DNA of 64,000 nt from contig NC_092674.1 in the NCBI RefSeq assembly GCF_964355755.1, forward strand, positions 6,510,001 to 6,574,000. The letters are read 5' to 3'. A program made the position numbers and the translations under genes. The DNA comes from Antedon mediterranea (lineage: Eukaryota; Animalia; Echinodermata). The notes under the pieces are model-generated. The model did no database searches, had not been told where the DNA came from, and saw only the letters and a program-made list of their open reading frames with translations. This document shows positions 42,401 to 54,400 of this stretch, one piece after another (position 1 is the stretch's first letter; each line of letters opens with the position of its first letter).

Positions 42401-45400
42401 TATCGAAAGAAGCATTCCCATTGGTTTACAGCAAACAGAAGGAGCTGATTGCAGCTGGAACACACTTTGGAAAAGGCCGAATTGTTGCTGTCTCACACAG
42501 ACAATACATATCAAAAGAGTTTGAAGAGAAAACAGGATGGCCCAGATTTTCACGAAACGTATATAAGTGGTTAGCCCCTGATATCTGCAGACCTAAAATT
42601 GGAATACTCAAGGTCAAAAAACAAGAATATTATAAAAAACATTACGATAACATGACCACATTTGGATTCATCATATCTCATGTAAGTAGTTTGACAGAGC
42701 TAGACAAAATGGATGCATTTCTTGCAGATACATCAACTAAGTATGATAAAGTCTTGATAAAATCACAGATCTTGTACAGAACAAAGGTAAAGGAGTTTTC
42801 ATAATTGGTCATAATAACGGCAATGTAAACCCATCTGGAAATGACATATTGTTAGATTGTGGGATGAAAATTACAAGCAACCGGGCAGCAAGAGGTGAAT
42901 CATTACAACTAGCTAAGCCAGGTACTGGCATAACACCTGTTGATGATGGGGGCTCGGGTGGTGCTGGTGGGGGTGGTGCTGGTGGAGATGGTGGTTCAGG
43001 TGTAGCTGGTGGTTCAGGTGGAGCTGGAGGCACAGGTGGTGCTGGCGGCTCAGGTGGAGCTGGAGGCTCAGGTGGTGCAGGCGGCTCAGGTGTTGGTGGA
43101 AACTAAGTACTTCTTCAATATTAATATTATTATTAATTAATATTAATCACCATAATATATTGGCTGAAGTTAAGTACTTCTTGAATACTATGAAAGCACA
43201 AAGCATAGCTTAACACAGGATGAGTGAAAGTTTACAGAAATAAAATAAATTTTCATTTGAAATAAAAAATCAAATTTCATCCTCAACTAGTTACTAAGTC
43301 GTTCATAGCCAAAGGAGATGGAATACATTAAAATAAAAACAGATCACTAGCATGGTGGAAATTGAAATAAATATTTAAACTCAAAGTCAAACAATTGTCC
43401 AATTGTCATAATTAGTTTGTTTATGAATAAAATTAATGGTGAAATACGTGGAAACCAGTATTGATGAGGAGCTAGAATGCATTAACACAAAAATAAACTA
43501 AAAATATATTTAATCTTGAAACAATTGTCACAAGTATTATCATCGGCTAATTTGTTTACTAATTAAATTGACGGTCAAATAGGCAGAAACCATTGCTGAT
43601 AAATGGGAGGAGCTAGAATGTGCAATGTCAGCATAAAAATTAACTAAAAATACTTAAACTTTACCATAATTAAGCTCGTTAAAAATGACGATGTTTTCCA
43701 AAAAAAGATTAAGTACAGTATTACCATTACAATTTTTTTTCTTGTCATTTTGTATTCATACAAATGATGAATTGGTTGTAGCGAAAATTAATGTCTTTTT
43801 TCAAAGGTAGAATTTTCAACATTTTATAAGGCTTTGAAACATTTTTAGTAGTAGTAAAATTCTATTTCAGATCTACCTTGAGGCTGTACTACCATTAGAT
43901 AGAAACAAATATATTATACAACTATGACTTCAAAAAAGGTAAGAAATAATCTTTTTTTCTGTCTTTTTTAAAAATTTTAATTTCTGTCTGCCTCAGCTGA
44001 ACACAATGGTGGGAACACTCTTGGATTCATTTTAGGAGATGGGAAGAAGACAAAATCTAAGCAATTAGCCCAGGGAAAGTAAAGAGGAGGAGAGTAGCTC
44101 TTTTACGCAAATCATATCAATTCCATTCTATTATTTGACACAGAATCAAGAGTTCATCATTAGGGGCATCTGGACAAACTTGATTGTAGAAAAACCAATA
44201 CATCCATCAGTCTTCACAACCACTGACAATGCATTTCCACTTGTGTACAGAAAGAACAAACTCATAATCGCAGGAGCTCCCTGGGGTAAAGGCAGAGTTG
44301 TACAAATGGGGCACAAATACTTTCTTTCAGAGCCTAATGAGACTATGGGTTGGCCACGGTTAATGCGAAACATCTTCAAGTGGTTTGCACCAGGTATTTG
44401 TCGACCTAAAGTTGGTATTGTGCAGGTAGCAGACAGTAAACAGGATCATAAACCACAAATGGAAAATCTGACAAAATGGGGATTTATAGTGTCTTATGTA
44501 AACGCCACAAATTTAAACACTGTTGATGCAATTTTTGCAGATTCGGCAACAGAGTACGATGATGAGATGGTTAATAAAATTCAGACTATTGTGAAGAAGA
44601 ATGGTAAAGGTTTAATGTTAGCTGGTATAGGGCAAGAAAATGAAGATCTATTAAAGGGATGTGGGATACACAGAACAGGTGAAACACAAACAAGTGGTGA
44701 ATTTAGACTGCTACTACCAATGTAGATAAATTTGAAAAAATAAATATTCTCCAAAATGCTCACCTACTGTATTCTATAAGAACAGACCAGACATATATCT
44801 AGAGGAGTGGTCGCCAAATGTTAAGGGTGGGTTGGATAAAAATGTTATCCAGAGTTTCTTTGGTATTTACTGTGTTGAAAATAAGCTGCATGGAAGATTT
44901 TATAATAGGCTTTAGACTTGGCATAAGATTTTGTCCCCACCCACATCTGTCTAGTACAATTACATCCATAAAATTAAAAATAAATATTTAAGCTCAATTC
45001 ATCTGTCAAGTATCATCATTTTATTTAATAAATAACAAATACCTAGAAATCAGTGCTGAAGTGGGAGGAGCTAGTAGAATACAAATTACGAACACAAAAA
45101 TAAATTTAAAATGCATTATAATAATATTTGAAGCTTAATATATGAAGTATCATTATCATCGGCACGTTTGTTTACATATCAACATGATGGTATTATACTC
45201 GGAAACTAACATTAACAAATGGTACAAATATGAAATACATGCTGTTGAACTTTGGTGCAAACGACACAATGCTGAAACTGACTATCTAAAATCTGAGGTC
45301 TTGATACAAGTAAAAATCTATTTCAGATTTCCCTGAGGCAATATTATAGAAATTAAACAATAGTGTACAATCATGACTTCAACAAAGGTAAGAAATAAAT

Positions 45401-48400
45401 TTACTTTATCAAAGTTTTTGAAAATAATAATCTCAGGATTACCAGTTTCTGTCTGTCCCAGATCAACACTGGTGGAAATATTATTGTTATTAAAGCTCTG
45501 TCTACACTATCAAACTAGTTTGACAAAACAAGTGTGATGTGCTCATATATGGTAGTGATATGTTCAAATATGGTAGTGTTATGACATCATCATGTCCATA
45601 TATGGGCATATCACATTTTTTGTAACATAAAAAAAAGTAGGTGGAATTTAGCTTTTTTATGCCAACCATGCTACTGACATTCTACTACTCTTTGTAGAAA
45701 CAGAATCAAGAATTCATCACAAGAGGTGTCTTGCTAAACTTGTCAGTTGAAGAGCCAAAATATCCAGCCGTTTACACAACCACTGACAACGCATTTCCAC
45801 TTGTGTATAGGAAGAACAAACTTATCATAGCAGGCGCTCCCTGGGGTAAAGGCAGAGTTGTACAAATGGGGCACAAATACTTTCTTTCAGAGCCTAATGA
45901 GATGATGGGTTGGCCACGGCTGATGCGAAACATCTTCAAGTGGTTTGCACCAGGTATTTGTCGACCTAAAGTTGGTATCATGCAGGTGGCAGACAGTAAA
46001 CAGGATCACAAACCACAAATGGAAAACCTGATAAAATGGGGATTTATAGTGTCTTATGTAAACGCTACAAATTTAAACACTGTTGATGCAATTTTTGTAG
46101 ATTCGGCAACAAAGTACAATGATGAAATGGTTAAAAAAATACAGAATATTGTCAGAAAGGATGGTAGAGGTTTAATGTTAGCTGGTATAGGACAAGAAAA
46201 TGAAGATCTATTAAAGGGATGTGGGATAAAAAAAACTGGTGAAAAACAGAAAAGTGGTGAATTCAGATTACTTAAACCAATTGAAAAATACTCTAAAACA
46301 TCACCTAAATCTTCTCCAAAATCCTCACCTAAATCTTCCCCTAAATCCTCACCTAAATCTTCTCCTAAATCCTCACCTAAATCTTCTCCCAAATCCTCAC
46401 CTAAACCTTCTCCCAAATCCTCACCTAAATCTTCTCCCAAATCCTCACCTAAATCTTCTCCCAAATCCTCACCAAAAACTTCTCCTAAATCCTCTCCTAA
46501 ATCATCACCTAAATCCTCTCCTAAATCCTCTAAAAAATCCTCCCCTAAATCTTCTCCTCAATCTTCTCCCAAATCATCGCCTAAATCTTCCCCTAAATCT
46601 TCTAAAAAATCCTCACTTTAATCCTCACCAAAATCTTCCTCTAAGTTAAAAAAAACGTCCTCAGTGGGCAATAATCAGGGAAGGATCATAATATGTAGGC
46701 ATTGGTACAAAATCGAAATGTGTATAAATAATAACACTAATACAATTTAACATTTTAATAATAAATAAATAAATCTGCAAAATGTTGAAAATTATATTAT
46801 GGTGGGATAAAAATAATTACAGTATAACAGGTGGGAGGGAGAACAAAGGATGCGCCACTGACAATATTGTGTTTGTGAGTTTATTCAAATGATAATAAGA
46901 ATAATAAATGTATAATACTACCTTATTGTATTGCTATTATACATCATGACATCTGTGTTGCTTTCCTGTTTCACTTCTTTAGTTGTATTGTAAAAATAGT
47001 CGGAATAGTTTAAGTTGCTTCTACTTGAACTTGAATGACCTATGACATGAAAAGTTTAACAATTGTTTCGTAAAATATTATTTTTTTATTGTTGTTACTT
47101 TATACACTACAGTCGACTGTCCCGATGCTGAAACCGCCGAAAACCGGAAACTCCAAAACCAGGCTATTTAAAAGGTCCAAACAACTTTTGTCAGCATTAA
47201 TTTCTGGAAAACCCAGATATATTAGACAACTTTTGTCTGGGGAGTAAGTTTTATTGGTTGAACAGCTATTTAATATCTATTATCTTATTCTATTATTAAT
47301 TCAATAATTTCAAGTCAATCTAATTTAAAATTACATAAACTGAATGAACCTCTAGGGTTATAAAATAATAAAATATACCAGAACTAGAGGCTAATACATC
47401 GTCTTGATTCTGAAATTTGCTGTCATCCTTTGATAAATCTTGAATAGCTTGTTTCTTTTTAAAACACATAAATTCTGTCAAATCAGTCGCTGAGCCATGT
47501 CTTCTATTAAGAATTCTACAAAAATAATATTTAAAGCTCAGTCTACACTATCAAACTTTATGTGTCAAAAACTTTGATGTGCCCAAAATATATGGACACG
47601 AGGTCGTCATATCACTACCATATTTGGGCACATCACACTTTTTTTGTCAAACTAGTAAAGAAAACATAAAATAAGTATGTTTAAAAAAAAATCCTAATGT
47701 CCTCTCCCCCACCAGTCTCCGATCATTTTGATACCCCATGTGTATGGATGCTTGCAATAGCAAACATTTGTTTAAAGCTCTGTCTACACTATCAAACTTA
47801 CTTACTTAGTTAGTCTAGGACACTGATGTGATGTTCTCAAATACGGTAGTAATTTAAATATTTATTATATATATTTTTATATATAATAAATATCTAAATC
47901 GTGGGCAAAAATGTGGGTGTTTGGGGTGGGTTTAAAATGTCTCAAAATTGTGCTTTAAAAATACTAATTATAAACTTGATTGTTATTTAAAGATTGGTAG
48001 TTAAAAATGTTTTAGTTGAGGGGGAAGGGTTTTATACAAATACATTTATTCACAAAATCACAATAAAATAATAGTATGTACAATGATTCCAGGAGGTTTT
48101 CTTCCTCTCACAGAAAAGAATTCTTGAAACCTTTTCATAATTTTCATACCTTTCCTTCAACATTTTATTCTCTGAATCGCCTTCGTCCCATGCCGAAGCC
48201 ACTTCTATTTCCGCATCTTCTGTCAGGTTCCCGGCACTTGTGGTACGCTCACTCTCGGGATAGTTTGCTGTGCCGTGGAAAGTTGGAAACAGTGTGCTCT
48301 GAATGAATGCTGATGGTATATCCATTTTAGGAGGAGCTGGCATCCAATATAACCTTATGAAAACAATAAATCATTTTTAATTTGAATGTTATCAATTTCG

Positions 48401-51400
48401 CAAAATGAGTTTTGAGTTATTTTAGTTTCATTTAATTTGTTTTCTTTCTCAACCAATAAAACAACCAAACAATCTTGACGAATTAAATGTATGTTAATGA
48501 ATTATTATTTTTTACATAACTGTGAAATTCCAGAATATGAAATGAAAAAAAAGGTTTCATTTTGGGAAGTTTAAGGTACAGTGTTAGGTTAGTTAGTACT
48601 GTACTACGAATCAATATTATAATATACATGTTTATGTACTGTACCTGGATGCATCTTCTAAAAGCTCCATCTTTTTACCTTCCATTGTTAACTCTTCCTC
48701 GTCAAACTACCTCGTTAAAAACATTTATGGTAAAATAACAATTTTTAAATTAATGACATAAGCAATGGAAGAAACAGTATTTTATGACATAATAACAAGT
48801 CATGTGTTCTATGTTGAGGTGAGAAAGGAGGATGAGGAATTGAAGAAACTTTAATTAATATGAAATAATACCAGGTCATGTGCTTTATGCTGGGGTGAGG
48901 AGGGAGGAGGAGCAGTTGAAGAAACTTTAATTAATATGACATAATAGCAGGCGATGTGTTCTATGTTGAGGTGAGGAGGAAGACTGGAGCATTTGAAGAA
49001 ACAGTAATTAATGACATAATACCAGGTCATGTGTTCTATGCTGGGGTGAAGAGGGAGGAGGAGCAATTGAATAAACAGTAGTTAATATGACATAACACCA
49101 GGTCATGTGCTTTATGCTGGGGTGAGAAGAGAGGGAGAGTAATTGAAGAAACAGTAGTTAATATGACATAACACCAGGTCATGTGCTTTATGCTGGGGTG
49201 AGAAGAGAGAGAGAGTAAATGAAGAAACAGTAGTTAATATGACAAAACACCAGGTCATGTGCTTTATGCTGGGGTGAGAAGAGAGGGAGAGTAATTGAAG
49301 AAACAGTAGTTAATATGACGTAATACCAGGTCATGTGCTTTATTCTGGGGTGAGAAGAGAGGGAGAATAAATGAAGAAACAGTAGTTAATATGACATAAC
49401 ACCAGGTCATGTGCTTTATGCTGGGGTGAGAAGAGAGGGAGAGTAAATGAAGAAACAGTAGTTAATATGACATAACACCAGGTCATGTGCTTTATGCTGG
49501 GGTGAGAAGAGAGGGAGAGTAATTGAAGAAACAGTAGTTAATATGACATAACACCAGGTTATGTGCTTTATGCTGGGGTGAGAAGAGAGGGAGAGTAAAT
49601 GAAGAAACAGTAGTTAATATGACATAACACCAGGTCATGTGCTATATGCTGGGGTGAGAAGAGAGGGAGAGTAATTGAAGAAACAGTAGTTAATATGGCA
49701 TAACACAAGGTCATGTGCTTTATGCTGGGGTGAGAAGAGAGGGAGAGTAAATGAAGAAACAGTAGTTAATATGACATAACACCAGGTCATGTGCTTTATG
49801 CTGGGGTGAGAAGAGAGGGAGAGGAAATGAAGAAACAGTAGTTAATATGACATAACACCAGGTCATGTGCTTTATGCTGGGGTGAGAAGAGAGGGAGAGT
49901 AATTGAAGAAACAGTAGTTAATATGACATAACACCAGGTCATGTGCTTTATGCTGGGGTGAGAAGAGAGGGAGAGTAAATAAAGAAACAGTAGTTAATAT
50001 GACATAACACCAGGTCATGTGCTTTATGCTGGGGTGAGAAGAGAGGGAGAGTAAATGAAGAAACAGTAGTTAATATGACATAACACAAAGTCATGTGCTT
50101 TAAGCTGGGGTGAGAAGAGAGGGAGAGTAATTGAAGAAACAGTAGTTAATATGACATAATACCAGGTCATGTGCTTTATGCTGGGGTGAGAAGAGAGGGA
50201 GAGTAATTGAAGAAACAGTAGTTAATATGACATAACACCAGGTCATGTGCTTTATGCTGGGGTGAGAAGAGAGGGAGAATAAATGAAGAAACAGTAGTTA
50301 ATATGACATAACACCAGGTCATGTGCTTTATGCTGGGGTGAGAAGAGAGGGAGAGTAATTGAAGAAACAGTAGTTATTATGACATAACACCAGGTCATGT
50401 GCTTTATGCTGGGGTGAGAAGAGAGGAAGAGTAAATGAAGAAACAGTAGTTAATATGACATAACACCAGGTCATGTGCTTTATGCTGGGGTGAGAAGAGA
50501 GGGAGAGTAAATGAAGAAACAGTAGTTAATATGACATAATACCAGGTCATGTGCTTTATGCTAGGGTGAGAATAGAGGGAGAGTAATTGAAGAAACAGTA
50601 GTTAATATGACATAACACCAGGTCATGTGCTTTATGCTGGGGTGAGAAGAGAGGGAGAGTAATTGAAGAAACAGTAGTTAATATGACATAACACCAGGTC
50701 ATGTGCTTTATGCTGGGGTGAGAAGAGAGGGAGAGTAAATGAAGAAACAGTAGTTAATATGACATAACACCAGGTCATGTTCTTTATGCTGGGGTGAGAA
50801 GAGAGGGAGAGTAATTGAAGAAACAGTAGTTAATATGACATAACACCAGGTCATGTGCTTTATGCTGGGGTGAGAAGAGAGGGAGAGTAAATGAAGAAAC
50901 AGTAGTTAATATGACATAACACCAGGTCATGTGCTTTATGCTGGGGTGAGAAGAGAGGGAGAGTAAATGAAGAAACAGTAGTTAATATGACATAATACCA
51001 GGTCATGTGCTTTATGCTGGGGTGAGAATAGAGGGAGAGTAATTGAAGAAACAGTAGTTAATATGACATAACACCAGGTCATGTGCTTTATGCTGGGGTG
51101 AGAAGAGAGGGAGAGTAATTGAAGAAACAGTAGTTAATATGACATAACACCAGGTCATGTGCTTTATGCTGGGGTGAGAAGAGAGGGAGAGTAAATGAAG
51201 AAACAGTAGTTAATATGACATAACACCAGGTCATGTTCTTTATGCTGGGGTGAGAAGAGAGGGAGAGTAATTGAAGAAACAGTAGTTAATATGACATAAC
51301 ACCAGGTCATGTGCTTTATGCTGGGGTGAGAAGAGAGGGAGAGTAAATGAAGAAACAGTAGTTAATATGACATAACACCAGGTCATGTGCTTTATGCTGG

Positions 51401-54400
51401 GGTGAGAAGAGAGGGAGAGTAAATGAAGAAACAGTAGTTAATATGACATAACACCAGGTCATGTGCTTTATGCTGGGGTGAGAAGAGAGGGAGAGTAATT
51501 GAAGAAACAGTAGTTAATATGACATAACACCAGGTCATGTGCTTTATGCTGGGGTGAGAAAAGAGGGAGAGTAATTGAAGAAACAGTAGTTAATATGACA
51601 TAATACCAGGTCATGTGCTTTATGCTGGGGTGAGAAGAGAGGGAGAGTAAATGAAGAAACAGTAGTTAATATGACATAACACCAGGTCATGTGCTTTATG
51701 CTGGGGTGAGAAGAGAGGGAGAGTAATTGAAGAAACAGTAGTTAATATGACGTAATACCAGGTCATGTGCTTTATGCTGGGGTGAGAAGAGAGGGAGAGT
51801 AATTGAAGAAACAGTAGTTAATATGACATAATACCAGGTCATGTGCTTTATGCTGGGGTGAGAAGAGAGAGAGAGTAATTGAAGAAACAGTAATTGATAT
51901 GAAAAAATACCAGGTCATGTGCTCTACGTTCCCATGTCTGATAGGAATCTTCAGTGTCGGATTGTTCATTTGCAGCCTCATCCAGTATGCGCCTGGCAGC
52001 TGCTGACATTACTTGCTCGCGTAAGTCCTCCCTCTCGATCTTTCGTATTGGTTCATCCTCAATTTCTTCTCTCTCTTCATCATCTCTCATCGACATTCTG
52101 GATGAATATTTTGATTCAGTCTATAAAAAGAATATTTAGAAATAAGTAAGAAAAATGTAGGGGAAGAAAATCTTATACAGGAACAACTTGGGCCAGCCCA
52201 GATCAGAAAGGAATGGCAGATGCTTGAGTAGTATTACATCCGACAGGGGATGATAGAGCCGGGGTAAGGTCATAGCAATTGTTGTGTTCAATGTGATGAT
52301 GATTCAATATGAGATAAAACATCCAAGGATGTAGCTAGGTGTCCCTGCCAAACAACTCTGTCCATCTATGGTCATCTTAAATAAATATAATAATAATAAT
52401 TGAAAAGACAAAATGATAACGATGGTGTTGATAATGACAGTGATAATGATGTTGACAATGACAGTGATAATAGTGTTGACAATTACAACACTGACAGTGC
52501 AGATAAACACTTTATGAAAGAGAATTAAAAAATTAAATTAATATGGTACAACAGGTGAAATAATAAGTGGTTTAACTTACGCCGACAGAAAGAGCTGTCA
52601 TATTGGTAGTAAGTCCATACTTGTTTGGAGTGTGGTATATCCTTGATATGCCTTGTAAGTGGCCTGGTAGATGAAGCAATGGCAGATTGGTACAGAAATG
52701 ATGAATGCTCTGCCTAGGTGGTTGCGATGATTCCATTGTACTGATATTCTGGTTTGGCTGGTAAGAAAGAAGGTAAACAAAATGAAGATTAAAACCTTCA
52801 GTTGAGTGACATGATATACCCTAAATTTATTGTAGATTCTTTCCATTTGTGGTCATTTGAGTTAGTGGTGACCAAACATTTGTAGCTCTTAATGGCAATG
52901 GGTAACAATTAAACAGACTCTCTCCATTGTGAATAAATGAAATTAATGCACGATTCACACATAATAAAATTTAATTTGTAATTAATATCTCTTTCAGATT
53001 CGTTTATTTATTATTACAAATTAGGGATAGAGGTAGGGGGTGGGAGAACTTCACAGAGTTCAACAGCTTCTTACAAAATGTCAGCAGTATGATTATCACA
53101 CCAAAAACTCTGCCTACACTATCAAACTAGTTTAACAAAAAAAGTGTGATATTACCAAATATGGTAGTGATATGACATCATCATGTCCATATATGTTGTT
53201 GTCACATAAAGTTTGATAGTGTAGACTACACTATACTTACAGAAGGCTGCTTTGCTTCCTGTGGAGCCCAGGCTGACAAGAATGACATAGATGAACTATG
53301 TACTACTGGTTTTAAGTCAGTCTTTGATACGGTTGAGATGTCTTGCCTCTCCAGCAGTGATTGTGACTCTCCTTTCACGTTCAAAATTTCTTCAAATTTC
53401 ACATCCGTTGTAACGTCTAAAATCTAAAATTGTGGACAAGTCAGAAAAGTAGTTGAGAATAGGTAGATTTTTTATCTCAACTTTTTAGGAAGGTTATATA
53501 TGTAGAAAATATTTTTTAAATCTGAAAGTTATGTATACAGTCAACTCTCCCAATACTGGACACATTTGGGCTGGCCAAATATGTCTGGTTTTCCTGAAAG
53601 TTTGGTATTCGGAATGTGTTTTTAATGGTGAAAAAGAAATTAGAACCTTTTGGTCACTGAGATAAGTCTGGTATTGGGAGAGTTTCTGGTTTATAGAGAG
53701 TCTGGTATTGGTAGAGTCGACTGTAATTGCGTTTACTTACAGCTAATGCCTGTTCAACATTCACTGGCTCATCTCCTTCCTCCTTTTGACATTCCTCCTC
53801 TTTAAACACAAATGACAGTTTCTGAACTACCTGTTTATCCTTTTTCTCGTCTTCATCATTCTTTTCTGCATCATCCTTTTCTTCTACAACTGGTGCGGTT
53901 TCTTTGATTATGTTTGGTGTTGCAGTCTTTAGAATTAAAATAAATGAACTTTAAACAAGCTGGAATGGCAATCATTTTAACAAATTCATTTAGAACTAGA
54001 AGGGTACTCATAGATCGCAAACCTCCCCCAATGTATATGAACATTTAATGATGTTTTCCCATACAGCTACAGTATGAAAGCATCCTTTAAAATATTATGA
54101 AAATCAGGCAATAACTTTTTGAGTAATCCTTCTAACTAACAAATATAGACAGAAACAAACACACACACAAACATACATGAAAACATAACCTCCTTGGTGG
54201 AGGTAACAACTTATAACCATTGCAGGGATCAAATACACTCACCTGAGCTCTTGATGGTGGTGATACAGATAGCTGTTCATATGAGTCTTGTACTAAAGAT
54301 TCCATGGATTCAGTCACCTGTATTTCTGGTACCAGACCATTTGTCTGTTCATCTGGAAGCAAAGAAGGTTTTGAAGTAATTATTAATTATGCAATACCTA

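Noticed and set aside
21647-46621. Calling the cluster TCAF1/TCAF2 orthologues, or bacterial contamination/HGT
   Set aside because: There is no M60 peptidase region, so no gene symbol is assigned. Spliceosomal introns and host-like composition argue against contamination.
46054-46649. (GEDL)n and (LNLL/PNPH)n ORFs
   Set aside because: Alternative frames of the SSPK repeat; third-position variation supports the SSPK frame.
46922-47039. Possible TTC6 exon bridging the phase gap
   Set aside because: Has AG/GT borders, but every frame tested contains a stop.
48770-51925. CRISPR-like regular array
   Set aside because: Units are contiguous and near-identical with no unique spacers, there are no cas genes, and the context is eukaryotic. 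The same applies to 17985-20096.
52175-52376. Possible extra TTC6 exon after acceptor tttaag
   Set aside because: Stops in all three frames before any good donor.
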